Positions 36,851 through 46,434 of a stretch of DNA of 64,000 bases are shown here, in pieces; within the stretch, counting starts at the first letter, position 1, and the number at the start of each line of letters is the position of its first letter. The stretch spans positions 64,001-128,000 of the forward strand of contig JBBRPR010000012.1 in NCBI GenBank assembly GCA_038227875.1, read 5' to 3'. Source of the stretch: Planctomycetota bacterium (GTDB taxonomy: Bacteria > Planctomycetota > SZUA-567 > H5-PLA8). The position numbers were made by a program, and so were the translations under genes. The notes under the pieces were generated by a model. The model did no database searches. It was not told the origin of the DNA and saw only the letters and a list, made by a program, of their open reading frames with translations.

Positions 36851-38812
36851 TTAAGAAAGGAACTGCTCCAGCACCGCGAGCACCTGCTGCGAATTGGGAA
36901 AGCCCGCGCCTTCCAAGGGTGCGCTGAATGCGACGGGCGTGTCAGCGCCGGAAAGCCGGAAGGCGCGACGCAGCGGAATTCCTGCCTCCGCGACAGTCGC
37001 CAGAATTTCGCCGCCGATGCCAAATGTTTTGTGGCCATCCTCCACGACCAGCAGTGCGCCGGTCTTGCGCGCAGACGCTTCGATCGTGGCTCGATCCAGC
37101 GGCGTCAGACAGCGCAGGTCAATGACTTCGACGAGGCGCGGGTCTGCCAGTTTTTCGCGCGCAGCAAGAGCGGAGAAGACGGCCCGGCCGTAACTCACCA
37201 CCGTCACTTTGGAACCTTCAGCAACGATGCGCGCGCCGATCAGTGACGGTTCGATGACCTCCGGAATCGGCCCGGAATTGGCATAGAGCGTAATCGGCTC
37301 GAGAATCAGCACGGGGTCATCGCAGAGCAGCGCGCCGCGGTACATCGCCAGCACGTCGGCAGGTGTTGAGGGCACGGCGACGATCAATCCCGGCACGTGC
37401 GCGAACCAGCGTTCGACGCACTGCGAATGCGTCGCGCCGAAACCGTTGCCCGGCCCGAACGGCGCGCGCACGATCAGCGGGACGTTGACCGAGCCGCCGG
37501 AACAGAAGCGGAATTTCGCAGCGTGATTGATGAGCGCGTCGGCGCAGATCAGCAGAAAATCGCCGAACATCACTTCGAAAATGGGTTTCATCCCGCACAT
37601 CGCCGCACCGACAAGCATCTCGCAGACACCCAGCTCAGCAATCGGTGTATCGACGACGCGCTGCTTGCCGTATTTCTTCGCCAGCCCGCTGCTGGCCTTG
37701 TATGCACCGCCGAAGACGCCGATGTCCTGCCCGTAAAACGCGACGCGCGGATCGGAACTCAGTGCACGGTCGAGCGCATCGTGGATCGCCTGCCGGTAAC
37801 TGATGGTATGGCTCTTGGCTGTTGGCTCCTGGCTCTTGGGGGCGGAGATCGCGAACGTTTTTTCGAGAGCGGGAGTGGGCCAGGGCATGGCGCGCGCTTC
37901 TTCGAGCGCTTTGGCGAGCGTGGCGTCGGCAGCGGCGACCAGTTCGGTGACGGGGCGTACGAGGCGGTTCTCGTCGGCAAGGATTTTAGCGAAGCGGGCG
38001 ATGGGGTCGCGCGTCTGCCAATCGGTCTCCTCGTCTTTCGTGCGGTAATTTCGTGTGTCGCTTTTGCTGTGGCCGCGCAGACGGTAGGTCTTTGTCTCCA
38101 GCAACGCGGGGCCGCGTTCGGAACGGACGAGCGCGGCGAGTGTCGTCGCAACTCGCTTTACTTCGCGGATATCGTTGCCGTCGACGGACTGGGCGGCGAT
38201 ACCGTAGCTCTTCGCGCGATCGACGACCGGCATGGCGAGGCTGGCGGAGACCGGCGTCGAGATCGCGTAGCCGTTGTTCTCGACAATAAAGAGAATGGGC
38301 AGATGCCAAAGCCGCGCGAGGTTCAGCACCTCATGCGAGATGCCGGCGCCAAGCGCACCTTCACCAAGGAACGTGATCGTGATGCCGTCGGATTTCTGAT
38401 GCTTCAGCGCCAGCGCCGCGCCCGCACCCAGTGCCATCGAGGAGCCGACGACGGGATCGGTGCCCACGAAGCGCCGCGGCAAATCGAACAGATGCATGTG
38501 CCCGCCGGCGCCGCCGCAAAGTCCGCCGGCGCGGCCGAGCAGTTCTCCCAGGAGAGTGGCCGGGGGCGTGCCGAGGCAGAGCGCCAACGTTACATTGCGG
38601 TACGTGCCGTTGATCCAATCGCGTTCGCCAACCAGCGGTGCAATCGCGGCGGTGGTGGCTTCCTGGCCGATCGCCAGATGGGCCATGCCGCGGACTTCAC
38701 CCGCGAGCGCCAAGCGTTCAACCAGCACTTCAAACTGGCGGCAGAGGACCATGCGCTCCAGGAGCGCCATGTCGAACGACGGATGCGTGGGGTCGGTAAC
38801 AGGATCAATCAC
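36851..38812 (-). CDS. Fused E1 alpha-beta ThDP-dependent dehydrogenase/transketolase-like enzyme
   Basis: HLAIGQEA, GEGA...ENNGYAIST, TYRLRGHS; beta part GQDIG, DTPIAE, GATHSQ, EVIDLR. Confidence 0.9.
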   Translation of the reverse strand: MIDPVTDPTHPSFDMALLERMVLCRQFEVLVERLALAGEVRGMAHLAIGQEATTAAIAPLVGERDWINGTYRNVTLALCLGTPPATLLGELLGRAGGLCGGAGGHMHLFDLPRRFVGTDPVVGSSMALGAGAALALKHQKSDGITITFLGEGALGAGISHEVLNLARLWHLPILFIVENNGYAISTPVSASLAMPVVDRAKSYGIAAQSVDGNDIREVKRVATTLAALVRSERGPALLETKTYRLRGHSKSDTRNYRTKDEETDWQTRDPIARFAKILADENRLVRPVTELVAAADATLAKALEEARAMPWPTPALEKTFAISAPKSQEPTAKSHTISYRQAIHDALDRALSSDPRVAFYGQDIGVFGGAYKASSGLAKKYGKQRVVDTPIAELGVCEMLVGAAMCGMKPIFEVMFGDFLLICADALINHAAKFRFCSGGSVNVPLIVRAPFGPGNGFGATHSQCVERWFAHVPGLIVAVPSTPADVLAMYRGALLCDDPVLILEPITLYANSGPIPEVIEPSLIGARIVAEGSKVTVVSYGRAVFSALAAREKLADPRLVEVIDLRCLTPLDRATIEASARKTGALLVVEDGHKTFGIGGEILATVAEAGIPLRRAFRLSGADTPVAFSAPLEGAGFPNSQQVLAVLEQFLS

Positions 38813-38827
38813 GTTGGACTCATTATA

Positions 38828-40765
38828 TCAGTACATGCGGCGGCCGCTGTTGATTTCGCAATCGAACCTGCGGCGTACGTACATCCAGCGCGCGAGGGAG
38901 TAGATCACACTATTCACGATGACCAGAATATTGACAGTGCCCAGCGCCGCGATGGCGAAGCGGTTTTGCGGGATCGATTCCGACCAGAGGTAGCCGATTA
39001 ATCCAATCACGCTTGCCAGAAGCAGGCCAATGAACGAAAGGGAAACGAGGAATTGCACCGCCGTCAGCAGTCTCGAGCGGCGGTAGTCCAGCATTGCGTA
39101 CATCTGCACGTAGCTCAGCGAAAGCACGAACAGAATCTGTAATAACACGGTGTAGCTGCCGAGCGCCGACCAACCCACGAGGTCCGCGGGCAGTCCCAGC
39201 AGCAGAGCTTCCAGAGCCGTGGTGGCGACGACGATCAGCAGCCAGAACATGGCGTAATATACGGGCAGCAAAACGGCGTCCTTGAATCCGATCGCGTAGA
39301 TTTCGATCAGCGGATAACGGTTGTCGCCGCGCGTGACCTGTACGCGCTGGATCAATCCCTGCTGCTGAAAGATCTGTGTGAAAATATCACGGCTTTGCGT
39401 GGTGTTGGGCGGCACGAGATTGCGAAACGAGAGCATGCCCCAGACATGAATCTTGATCATCGCGACGATGAACAGTGTGGCGGCCGACGCCAGCTGTCCG
39501 GCGGTGCGCAATTCCAGCACGTTGGCGCTGCGTTCGAAGATATTCAGAAAGGTCTCGAGCAGATTGGGTACGAGGCGATTGGCCAGCCAGCCGATGAGCA
39601 CGGCCGGAATGCAGAGCAGCAGCGTGCGTTGCAGATGAATATCCACGGCCCCCGCCTGAGCGTTGCGCGAAACGAGGCGCAGCGTGGCGCGCCCCATCCG
39701 TCCGATGCGCCGGATCAGTAGACCTTCGAGCGGTCCATTGATGGCATCGGGATCGAAGCTGCGCGGCTTGGACTTCGTGGCATCGGCCGGCCGCACCGCC
39801 CCGACGCCCAGCCAGCCGGAGCGCACCGAGACGCTCAGCGCACGGTTGAGACACAGGCAATTCAGCGCCGCGGAGCCGCCCAGCCAGGCCAGGCAGGTTA
39901 GTATCGCGGCCTGAAAATCGACGCTCGACCCGCGCACTGAGGACGTGATGGCGTCAAACCAGCAGACCGACGGAAAACGGGTGAGAATCACGTTCGGAGT
40001 GGAGCCCGGAACGTTCAGTGCTTCAAGCAGAGTGTGTCCCAGTTGCACCAGAGGCGCGCTGGCGAGGGCCGGCACGGGGACCGGCAGATTGGCGACGAGC
40101 AGGTCGAACAACATCAAGCCAACGGCGATCAGCGTGGCGTAGAGCACCGGCCTTCGCACAAACGCCCAGACGTAATTCATGAAGGCGTAATGGGGCGCCA
40201 CCCCGCCGACACCGAGCGACGCGGCGAGCAGGTTGGCGGACAGCGCCAGCGAATCGATCATGACCATCAGCAGCGCCGTGGAGACAATCGAACAGATGCC
40301 GCCAAGGACGATCTGCCAGACACCGAGATTCTCCCATGGAAGATCGACGAGCAGCAGTAGCCATTCCACGGAGAACCACGGATACAGGAAGAGCACAAAT
40401 GCCAGCGTATAGACGCTGCCCAGCGAGAGAATTTGCATGCGCGTGGCGATGCGGAGAATCTGCCATGGCGATGCGGGAGTGGTGACCAGATCGCGCATCG
40501 GCGGAGCGAGATACAACCGGTGCCGCCAGCGCACGCAGGCCGTTGAAAACCAGACGACGCCCAGCGCCAACGCCATCACATGTCCGGCGCCCTGACGCTG
40601 GAGCAGCGGCAGGCGGCGGTACGCACCCCACAGAAAGGTACCGAGATTCAGCGCCAGCGCCGTCAGGTAAATCACGTAGCACGTGACGGCGAAAACGATC
40701 AGCGCGACCACCCACTTGGAGCGGGGTTGCACCTGGCGTCTGAACGTTCGGCCGAAAATCTGCAT
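38828..40765 (-). CDS. Polytopic membrane protein, probable ABC-2-type permease
   Basis: More than ten hydrophobic segments in two halves; directly downstream of the ABC ATPase. Confidence 0.65.
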   Translation of the reverse strand: MQIFGRTFRRQVQPRSKWVVALIVFAVTCYVIYLTALALNLGTFLWGAYRRLPLLQRQGAGHVMALALGVVWFSTACVRWRHRLYLAPPMRDLVTTPASPWQILRIATRMQILSLGSVYTLAFVLFLYPWFSVEWLLLLVDLPWENLGVWQIVLGGICSIVSTALLMVMIDSLALSANLLAASLGVGGVAPHYAFMNYVWAFVRRPVLYATLIAVGLMLFDLLVANLPVPVPALASAPLVQLGHTLLEALNVPGSTPNVILTRFPSVCWFDAITSSVRGSSVDFQAAILTCLAWLGGSAALNCLCLNRALSVSVRSGWLGVGAVRPADATKSKPRSFDPDAINGPLEGLLIRRIGRMGRATLRLVSRNAQAGAVDIHLQRTLLLCIPAVLIGWLANRLVPNLLETFLNIFERSANVLELRTAGQLASAATLFIVAMIKIHVWGMLSFRNLVPPNTTQSRDIFTQIFQQQGLIQRVQVTRGDNRYPLIEIYAIGFKDAVLLPVYYAMFWLLIVVATTALEALLLGLPADLVGWSALGSYTVLLQILFVLSLSYVQMYAMLDYRRSRLLTAVQFLVSLSFIGLLLASVIGLIGYLWSESIPQNRFAIAALGTVNILVIVNSVIYSLARWMYVRRRFDCEINSGRRMY

Positions 40766-40788
40766 GCGATTCCCAGGGAGAGGAATGA

Positions 40789-41640
40789 CTAAACGCGATT
40801 CTGGATCCGCCGAGGTGCTTCCTCGGCGCTGCGCGCCATGCTCTGCAAAACGTCGGACACGAGCTGGTCCTTGGCCTTGCCGGTGAGCACGGCGAAGATG
40901 CGGTCGAGGCTCGCGCCGGGCTCCTTGGCCTTCTCGCGCAGTTCGTCCAGTGTGCCGCAGACGATAATCCTGCCGTCATCGACAATGGCGAAGCGGTCGC
41001 AAAGCTTCTGTGCGAGATCCAGCACCTGCGTTGCCCAGACGACGGTGACGTCGTGCCGATCGCGCAGAGCCTGGATGATCTGCGCCAGCGACGAACTGGC
41101 CGGCGGGTCGATGCCGCCGGTTTCCGGTTCGTCGAGCAGGTAAATGCGGGCGTTGGTCAGAAAGGTCGCGGCGAGCGCGAGCTTCTTGTACTGGCCGTTG
41201 GAATAGTTCGAGATCGGGCGATCGAGGATTTCTTCCAGATCGAACAGTCCCGCGAAACTTTTGATGCGGCGATCGCGCTCGGTTTTTTCGACGCCGTAGA
41301 GATCGCCGATGAGCTGGAGATGTTCGACGCCGCGGAAATGGAGGAACAGATTGGGCTGGTCGGGCAGGTACGTGGTGAATGTGCGGATGGCCAGATGGTC
41401 GCGGAAGCGGTCGAGCCCGTTGACGACAATCGAGCCGCTCTGCGGGCGCAATAGACCGGCCATGCACTTCAGCAGCGTCGATTTTCCCGCGCCGTTGGGG
41501 CCGACCAGCGCGAGCACTTCACCGCGCTTGACCGTCAGGCTGGTCGACGAGAGCGCGACCTTGCCGCCCTCGAAGCTCTTGGAGACTTCGTAGAGGTCGA
41601 TGGCATTCCCGGGTTGATCACCGTTACGCGGCTCAGGCAT
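40789..41640 (-). CDS. ABC transporter ATP-binding protein (CcmA/DrrA-like)
   Basis: GPNGAGKST; signature YSNGQ; LLDEP; switch motif WATQ. Confidence 0.88.
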   Translation of the reverse strand: MPEPRNGDQPGNAIDLYEVSKSFEGGKVALSSTSLTVKRGEVLALVGPNGAGKSTLLKCMAGLLRPQSGSIVVNGLDRFRDHLAIRTFTTYLPDQPNLFLHFRGVEHLQLIGDLYGVEKTERDRRIKSFAGLFDLEEILDRPISNYSNGQYKKLALAATFLTNARIYLLDEPETGGIDPPASSSLAQIIQALRDRHDVTVVWATQVLDLAQKLCDRFAIVDDGRIIVCGTLDELREKAKEPGASLDRIFAVLTGKAKDQLVSDVLQSMARSAEEAPRRIQNRV

Positions 41641-41679
41641 GGTTTTTAGTATAGGTGCGATGGGGAGGCGGTGACACTT

Positions 41680-43056
41680 CTAAAAAAGGGGCTTTGGAGC
41701 GCCGCTCCGTTTGAACCGCGACAGCCGTTCGCGAAGCTCCGCGGGCAATGCCAGCTCCGGCAGCGCGTCGAGTGCGCCGTTGAGCTCTTGAACCCGCGCA
41801 TTTAACACGGGCCCGGCGGCGAACTCGTCGAGCTTCCGCCGCAGGGATTCGACGCCAGCGTCAAACGGCTCGCAGGCGCGTTGCAGTTTTCGCGTGAATT
41901 CCGACGCGGGCCGGCCTTCGGTCTGAAAGCGGAGGCGCTCGAGCGTCTTCTTCAATTTTACGATGCGTTCGGGAATCGCCGGATCGGTCTGGACGGTCGC
42001 GGCGTGCTGGAGGAATGGCAGCCGGGCGCAACTCAAGAAAATGTTGGCCGGATCGATGCCGAGTTTGGTCAGGTTGTCGACGTTTTGCTGAAAGACTGTC
42101 GCGAAGCCGTCGCGGCTGAAGAGCGCGGCGGCGTCGATGGTGTCGGCTTGATTGAAGAGGACGATCGTGCGCTTCACGAGTTCCGGGCGCTGGCGGAAGG
42201 CTTTGAGCACCCAATCTTCAAACGTGAAGGGCAGGGGGAGCGAGATGGCGATGAGCACGTCGGCAGTGCGCGATTGTTCGAGAATCAGTTCCGTGCGCCG
42301 CGCTTCGTGGTAGGCGGGGATCCAAGGTGTGTCGAGCAGTTCGAGCGGACTGCCGGAACCCGTGTACGCGCGGATGATCTCGACGTATTCGAGCGACAGG
42401 AGGCGGCCGGTTTCCAGCGTGCGGCCGTCTGGGCGACGGATGCCCATCAGGTGCGCGCGCCGGTCTTCCCATTTGGCGTCGGACTTTTCTCCGGCGCGAT
42501 AATCCGGCGACTGGATGAAGGCGAGGAACTGTTCGAGTTCCTCCAGCGCATCAGTGAGTTGCTCATGCAGGATATAGAGCTTCGGATGTTCCTGAAACAA
42601 GCGCCGCGTGATGGCCACGGCTTCCTGCAATCGCTGCTCCGGAAGCAGATCGTCGAAACGCGGTGCGGCGGGGCCGAGCGTTTCGTCGATCAGGCTGGCC
42701 AGTCGATAAAACGCTGGCCCGCGCGTGGCGAAGTGGAGCGCCTTCTCGCGCGGCAGAAATGCCAGGCGAATGCTGCGATCGGTTTCGCCGGGGTCAGGTC
42801 GGCGGATGAGAGTATTGGTCTGCGTGCAATCGCGGACGGCGGTGGGCAGGACGTCGGAGTCGCCCCACAGTGCGCTGACGAAACTGCTTTTCCCCACGCT
42901 GCACAGTCCTGAGACCAGGACGCGCGGATGGTAGTGGAGCAGCCTCTGCACGGCGGCGCGAGCCGGTGCGGCATCGTTTTCCGGCGGAAGCAACGGCAGC
43001 AGTTCAGTGGCCGCTGCTTGAGCTTCGGCGAGCGAGAGTGGTACGCGGACGTCCAT
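41680..43056 (-). CDS. Dynamin-like GTPase with degenerate motifs
   Basis: GLCSVGKSS, VLPTAVRDCT, LLDTPW, LFNQAD. Confidence 0.7.
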   Translation of the reverse strand: MDVRVPLSLAEAQAAATELLPLLPPENDAAPARAAVQRLLHYHPRVLVSGLCSVGKSSFVSALWGDSDVLPTAVRDCTQTNTLIRRPDPGETDRSIRLAFLPREKALHFATRGPAFYRLASLIDETLGPAAPRFDDLLPEQRLQEAVAITRRLFQEHPKLYILHEQLTDALEELEQFLAFIQSPDYRAGEKSDAKWEDRRAHLMGIRRPDGRTLETGRLLSLEYVEIIRAYTGSGSPLELLDTPWIPAYHEARRTELILEQSRTADVLIAISLPLPFTFEDWVLKAFRQRPELVKRTIVLFNQADTIDAAALFSRDGFATVFQQNVDNLTKLGIDPANIFLSCARLPFLQHAATVQTDPAIPERIVKLKKTLERLRFQTEGRPASEFTRKLQRACEPFDAGVESLRRKLDEFAAGPVLNARVQELNGALDALPELALPAELRERLSRFKRSGAPKPLF

Positions 43057-43096
43057 GAATGGAAGTCTACTCGAAGAAAATGCGCGCAGAAAGCCA

Positions 43097-43123
43097 ATGA
43101 GCGCGCTGGCTAGGCGCGCTCAT
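43097..43123. other. 10-bp stem-loop
   Basis: ATGAGCGCGC-TGGCTAG-GCGCGCTCAT. Confidence 0.5.
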
Positions 43124-43152
43124 GGGATGAGAAGGTTTTAGTGAGTCGATTT

Positions 43153-43180
43153 GACCTCCGGAGCAATTGCACCGGCGGTC
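43153..43180. repeat. 28-bp GACC-family palindrome
   Basis: GACCTCCGGAGCAATTGCACCGGCGGTC. Confidence 0.7.
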
Positions 43181-43194
43181 CAAATGACCGGTGA

Positions 43195-44229
43195 TCAGGG
43201 TCCAGTTTCGACGAGGGCCTTGTAGTTGTCGAAGTTCACGCGGACGGCGACCTTCTTGATGTCCTTCACGCGCGACGGATGTTCACCGATCACGACGTAG
43301 CGGCGGGCCTTCGAGCCCTGGACGATGTCTGAGCCGAGCGTGATCGCGTCGATGACCTGCTCGGCGATCATGTCCTTGTGCGTGTCGGTCTTGAAACCAT
43401 CGAACGGAAACGCCGTGCAGTGATCGATGACGGTCTGGTTGTCCTTGTCTTTGAAGTAGGCATCGATGGTGTTCACACGATGGTCGTCTTCGGTGGTGTT
43501 GTTGACCTGAAAGTAAGCGTAGACGAAGGTGCCCTTGGTCGCGATCTTGACGATCATAATTTCAGGCGTCTTGGCGGTGACCGCGGCGAACGGCGCGCGA
43601 GCCGGCAGGATGGCGGCTTCTTCGGCCTTGGGTGGTTCGTCCGGGTTGGCAGCGTCGCCACCGGCCACCTTGCCGCCGCCCTTATCGGCATCGCCCGGTT
43701 TCTTGGCCGCAGCCGGCGCACCCGCGTCTTCATCCTTTTTCGAGCCGGTGCTGTCTTTCTTGGCCATCACCTTTTCAAGATCGGCCTGGGCCTGCGCGTT
43801 CTTCTTCGCTTCGGCATCGGCCTTGGCCTTGTCGTCGAGCTTCTGCTTGGCTTCCGCGTCTTCCAGCTTCTTCACTTCGTTGACGACGGGTTTGACGTCG
43901 ACCTTGTTGTCAGTGATCTCTTTCAATTCCGTATCATCGATCTTCTGCGTGACTTCATCGGCCAGCGACTTGACCTTGGATCGCTCCGATTCGCGCGCGA
44001 GAGAGCGAGCGTCGGCGAGGACTTCCTTGGCGGACTTGTAGTTGGACTTCGCCGCCGGGTAGTTGCGCTTTTGGTAAGCCATGTCGCCGGAATTGATCAG
44101 ACCTTGTGCTTCAGAAATTTTGTCGCCCGCGCCCTTAGGTGGGGGCGCCGAATCGCCACAGCCAACAGCGGCGAAAAGTAGAGCGCCCGTCAAGGTTGCT
44201 CCGGAGAGCAAGCGTGCTGCATTAAACAT
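43195..44229 (-). CDS. Hypothetical lipoprotein
   Basis: Lipobox AVGC after MFNAARLL; TPR-like helices, K/A/D-rich linker, beta-rich C-terminal domain. Confidence 0.75.
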   Translation of the reverse strand: MFNAARLLSGATLTGALLFAAVGCGDSAPPPKGAGDKISEAQGLINSGDMAYQKRNYPAAKSNYKSAKEVLADARSLARESERSKVKSLADEVTQKIDDTELKEITDNKVDVKPVVNEVKKLEDAEAKQKLDDKAKADAEAKKNAQAQADLEKVMAKKDSTGSKKDEDAGAPAAAKKPGDADKGGGKVAGGDAANPDEPPKAEEAAILPARAPFAAVTAKTPEIMIVKIATKGTFVYAYFQVNNTTEDDHRVNTIDAYFKDKDNQTVIDHCTAFPFDGFKTDTHKDMIAEQVIDAITLGSDIVQGSKARRYVVIGEHPSRVKDIKKVAVRVNFDNYKALVETGP

Positions 44230-44361
44230 TCGTAAGTTCTCCCTGTTGCTGCATTTACGACGACGCGACCACCCGCACCACACCGCTACGTACTAATATA
44301 ACGCAGGTGCGGTCATTTTCTTGCCTACAATTTAGACCTCTCTTCAGAGATCTGGTTGCGG

Positions 44362-46266
44362 CTATTCGTAAATGGTGTTGAACGACACGCCGATACCCCG
44401 GCATTTGGGACACCGCACAGTGATCGGTTTTCCGCCTGGACCCGGAAAAGTGATGGTGCCGTGGCCCGCGCAGTCGGTGCAACGCTCGTTCATGACGTCC
44501 TTGGCTTTAAACAATTTCTCCGACGCCATTGCACGCAGGATGCTCATCTGCGTTTCCGGCGTCTGATTCATCCACCAGACGTTCGGATCGTCGCTGATTT
44601 CCGGATCTTCCTGCGGCTGCTGTTGCTGCACGCCGCCCTGCTGTCCGTTTTGTCCGTTCTGGCCGTTGCGCCCGCCATTATTCTGCTTGGGTTGCTGCGG
44701 GCCGTCGCCGTTCGGATAGAGCGGCAGCGGCTTGGAACCATCGCGCAGCCAGCTGCCCTTGCCCCACTTGGCATCGTGGATCGTGACGTAACGATCGTCG
44801 CGCTTGAGCTGCCCATCTTCATAGGTGGCTTTGCGAGAGAGTCGGCCGTCGAAAATTTCGCGCACTTCCTTCTCGGTCACGCCTGAACTCTTCAGCGCTT
44901 TGGCGATCTTGGTGATCATCTGCGCCTTCAATCCGTCGGGCCGGCGCGTGTCGCAGACGTAGTCCTTCATGTCGTCGTACGTGGGCCGCACTTCCGCTGC
45001 GCCTTCGCTCAGGTCGACATCAGTGATGGCCATGACGTCTTTTTGCGCAATGGTCAGGTCCATATCGCCGACCTTCATCGCCAGGGCTCCGCTGGGATCG
45101 GGCGCCGAGAGCGTGCCACGGAAGATGTCGCCGTTCTTGGTCGTGACCTGTTTGCCGGGAATCGACGGGACCACGTTGCCCTTCTTGTCGATCTTGATCT
45201 TTTTGTAAACTTCATTCTGAATCAGATCCATCGCGACCTGATATGCGCGGAAGATGACCTGTTTCTTCAATTCGGTCTTGGTGCCCTGCTCGATCTCCGC
45301 CCGCTTGGCGTCCCAGCGGCTTTTGAATTCCGAATTCGGGAAATTGCGGTCGAGCTTGTCGAGGTACTCTGCGGCGGCGAAGTAATCGCGCGCCAGGCAG
45401 CGCTGGAGCATCTTGTTGTAGAGGTCCTGTGTCTGCTTATCGGCGTCCTGCTTGATGATCTGCTGGCGCATGTCCTTGTTGCGTTCTTCGGTGCGCGGAT
45501 CGATGATCTCGGCCATCTTCAGCTGGTCGAGCGCCTCGCGGTAGAGCTCCATGTTGGCGCACTTCTTGGCCAGCTCGAGGTGGGCGCCGGCATCATTCTG
45601 GCTCGGCGGCTTTTCCAGCAGCCAGCGGTCGTAGATTTCGCGGCCGGTGAAGAAATCGCTTTCGAAGCATTCGATCGCTTCCTTGCTCTTCACTTCGTAT
45701 TCGTGGATCAGCATCAGCGGACAGCCGGCGGTTTTGAACGCCAACAGTCCCTGGATCGGCAGATCGCGGTCGGGCATCGCCATCGCATCGAGCGTCTTGC
45801 CGCTGGCCAGATGCAGGCGTACGCCGGCCAGTTTCTCTTCGCCGACCCAGCCCTTGTGGCCGTTATGCATTTCCAGGCCGTAGAGTTTCTGGACGCGGCG
45901 CTTTTCCGCATCGTCGCCACGGCTGACCAGATCGTCCCAGTGCAGTGTCACAATTTGGCCGGTGTCAGTAAGCTTGAGTTTGAAATCCTTATCGTCGGCA
46001 GGCAGCACGGGACGCCCGGCGATCGGAACACCGCTGACGATGACCGTGATTTCGTCGTCGCTGACCGTGTCTGCTTTTGGCGCGTCGCCTTCTGCTTTCG
46101 GAGCTGGAGTCTCACCACCTGTCGCCGGCGCTGGAGCAGGAACCGCGGGACTGGTCGGCGGTGTGACATCGGCCGCGCGCGTATTAAAGGTGGAAAGCAC
46201 GAGAACGCAAGTGGCCAGGAGCATCGACAGTGCGCCGCAGCGGGTTGTCGACTTCACATTCATCAT
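44362..46266 (-). CDS. Exported hypothetical protein with TPR-like helices and C-terminal DnaJ-type Zn-finger repeats
   Basis: Signal peptide; AHLELAKKC; C-terminal CTDCAGHG...CPKCRGIG. Confidence 0.75.
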   Translation of the reverse strand: MMNVKSTTRCGALSMLLATCVLVLSTFNTRAADVTPPTSPAVPAPAPATGGETPAPKAEGDAPKADTVSDDEITVIVSGVPIAGRPVLPADDKDFKLKLTDTGQIVTLHWDDLVSRGDDAEKRRVQKLYGLEMHNGHKGWVGEEKLAGVRLHLASGKTLDAMAMPDRDLPIQGLLAFKTAGCPLMLIHEYEVKSKEAIECFESDFFTGREIYDRWLLEKPPSQNDAGAHLELAKKCANMELYREALDQLKMAEIIDPRTEERNKDMRQQIIKQDADKQTQDLYNKMLQRCLARDYFAAAEYLDKLDRNFPNSEFKSRWDAKRAEIEQGTKTELKKQVIFRAYQVAMDLIQNEVYKKIKIDKKGNVVPSIPGKQVTTKNGDIFRGTLSAPDPSGALAMKVGDMDLTIAQKDVMAITDVDLSEGAAEVRPTYDDMKDYVCDTRRPDGLKAQMITKIAKALKSSGVTEKEVREIFDGRLSRKATYEDGQLKRDDRYVTIHDAKWGKGSWLRDGSKPLPLYPNGDGPQQPKQNNGGRNGQNGQNGQQGGVQQQQPQEDPEISDDPNVWWMNQTPETQMSILRAMASEKLFKAKDVMNERCTDCAGHGTITFPGPGGKPITVRCPKCRGIGVSFNTIYE

Positions 46267-46434
46267 AGCGTGTTCCTTATCGTGCCGACGTGGTCCAACA
46301 CAATCTCTGCCCATGATACAACAAAGCCTAGCAAGAATGACGGGAATTCAGTACACAATACTGCACTTAAGTCTCACCGGCGACTGCGCCTGTGCTCTTC
46401 CCATCCGCTTGAGTCTCCCTTTTTTAGGACGTTC

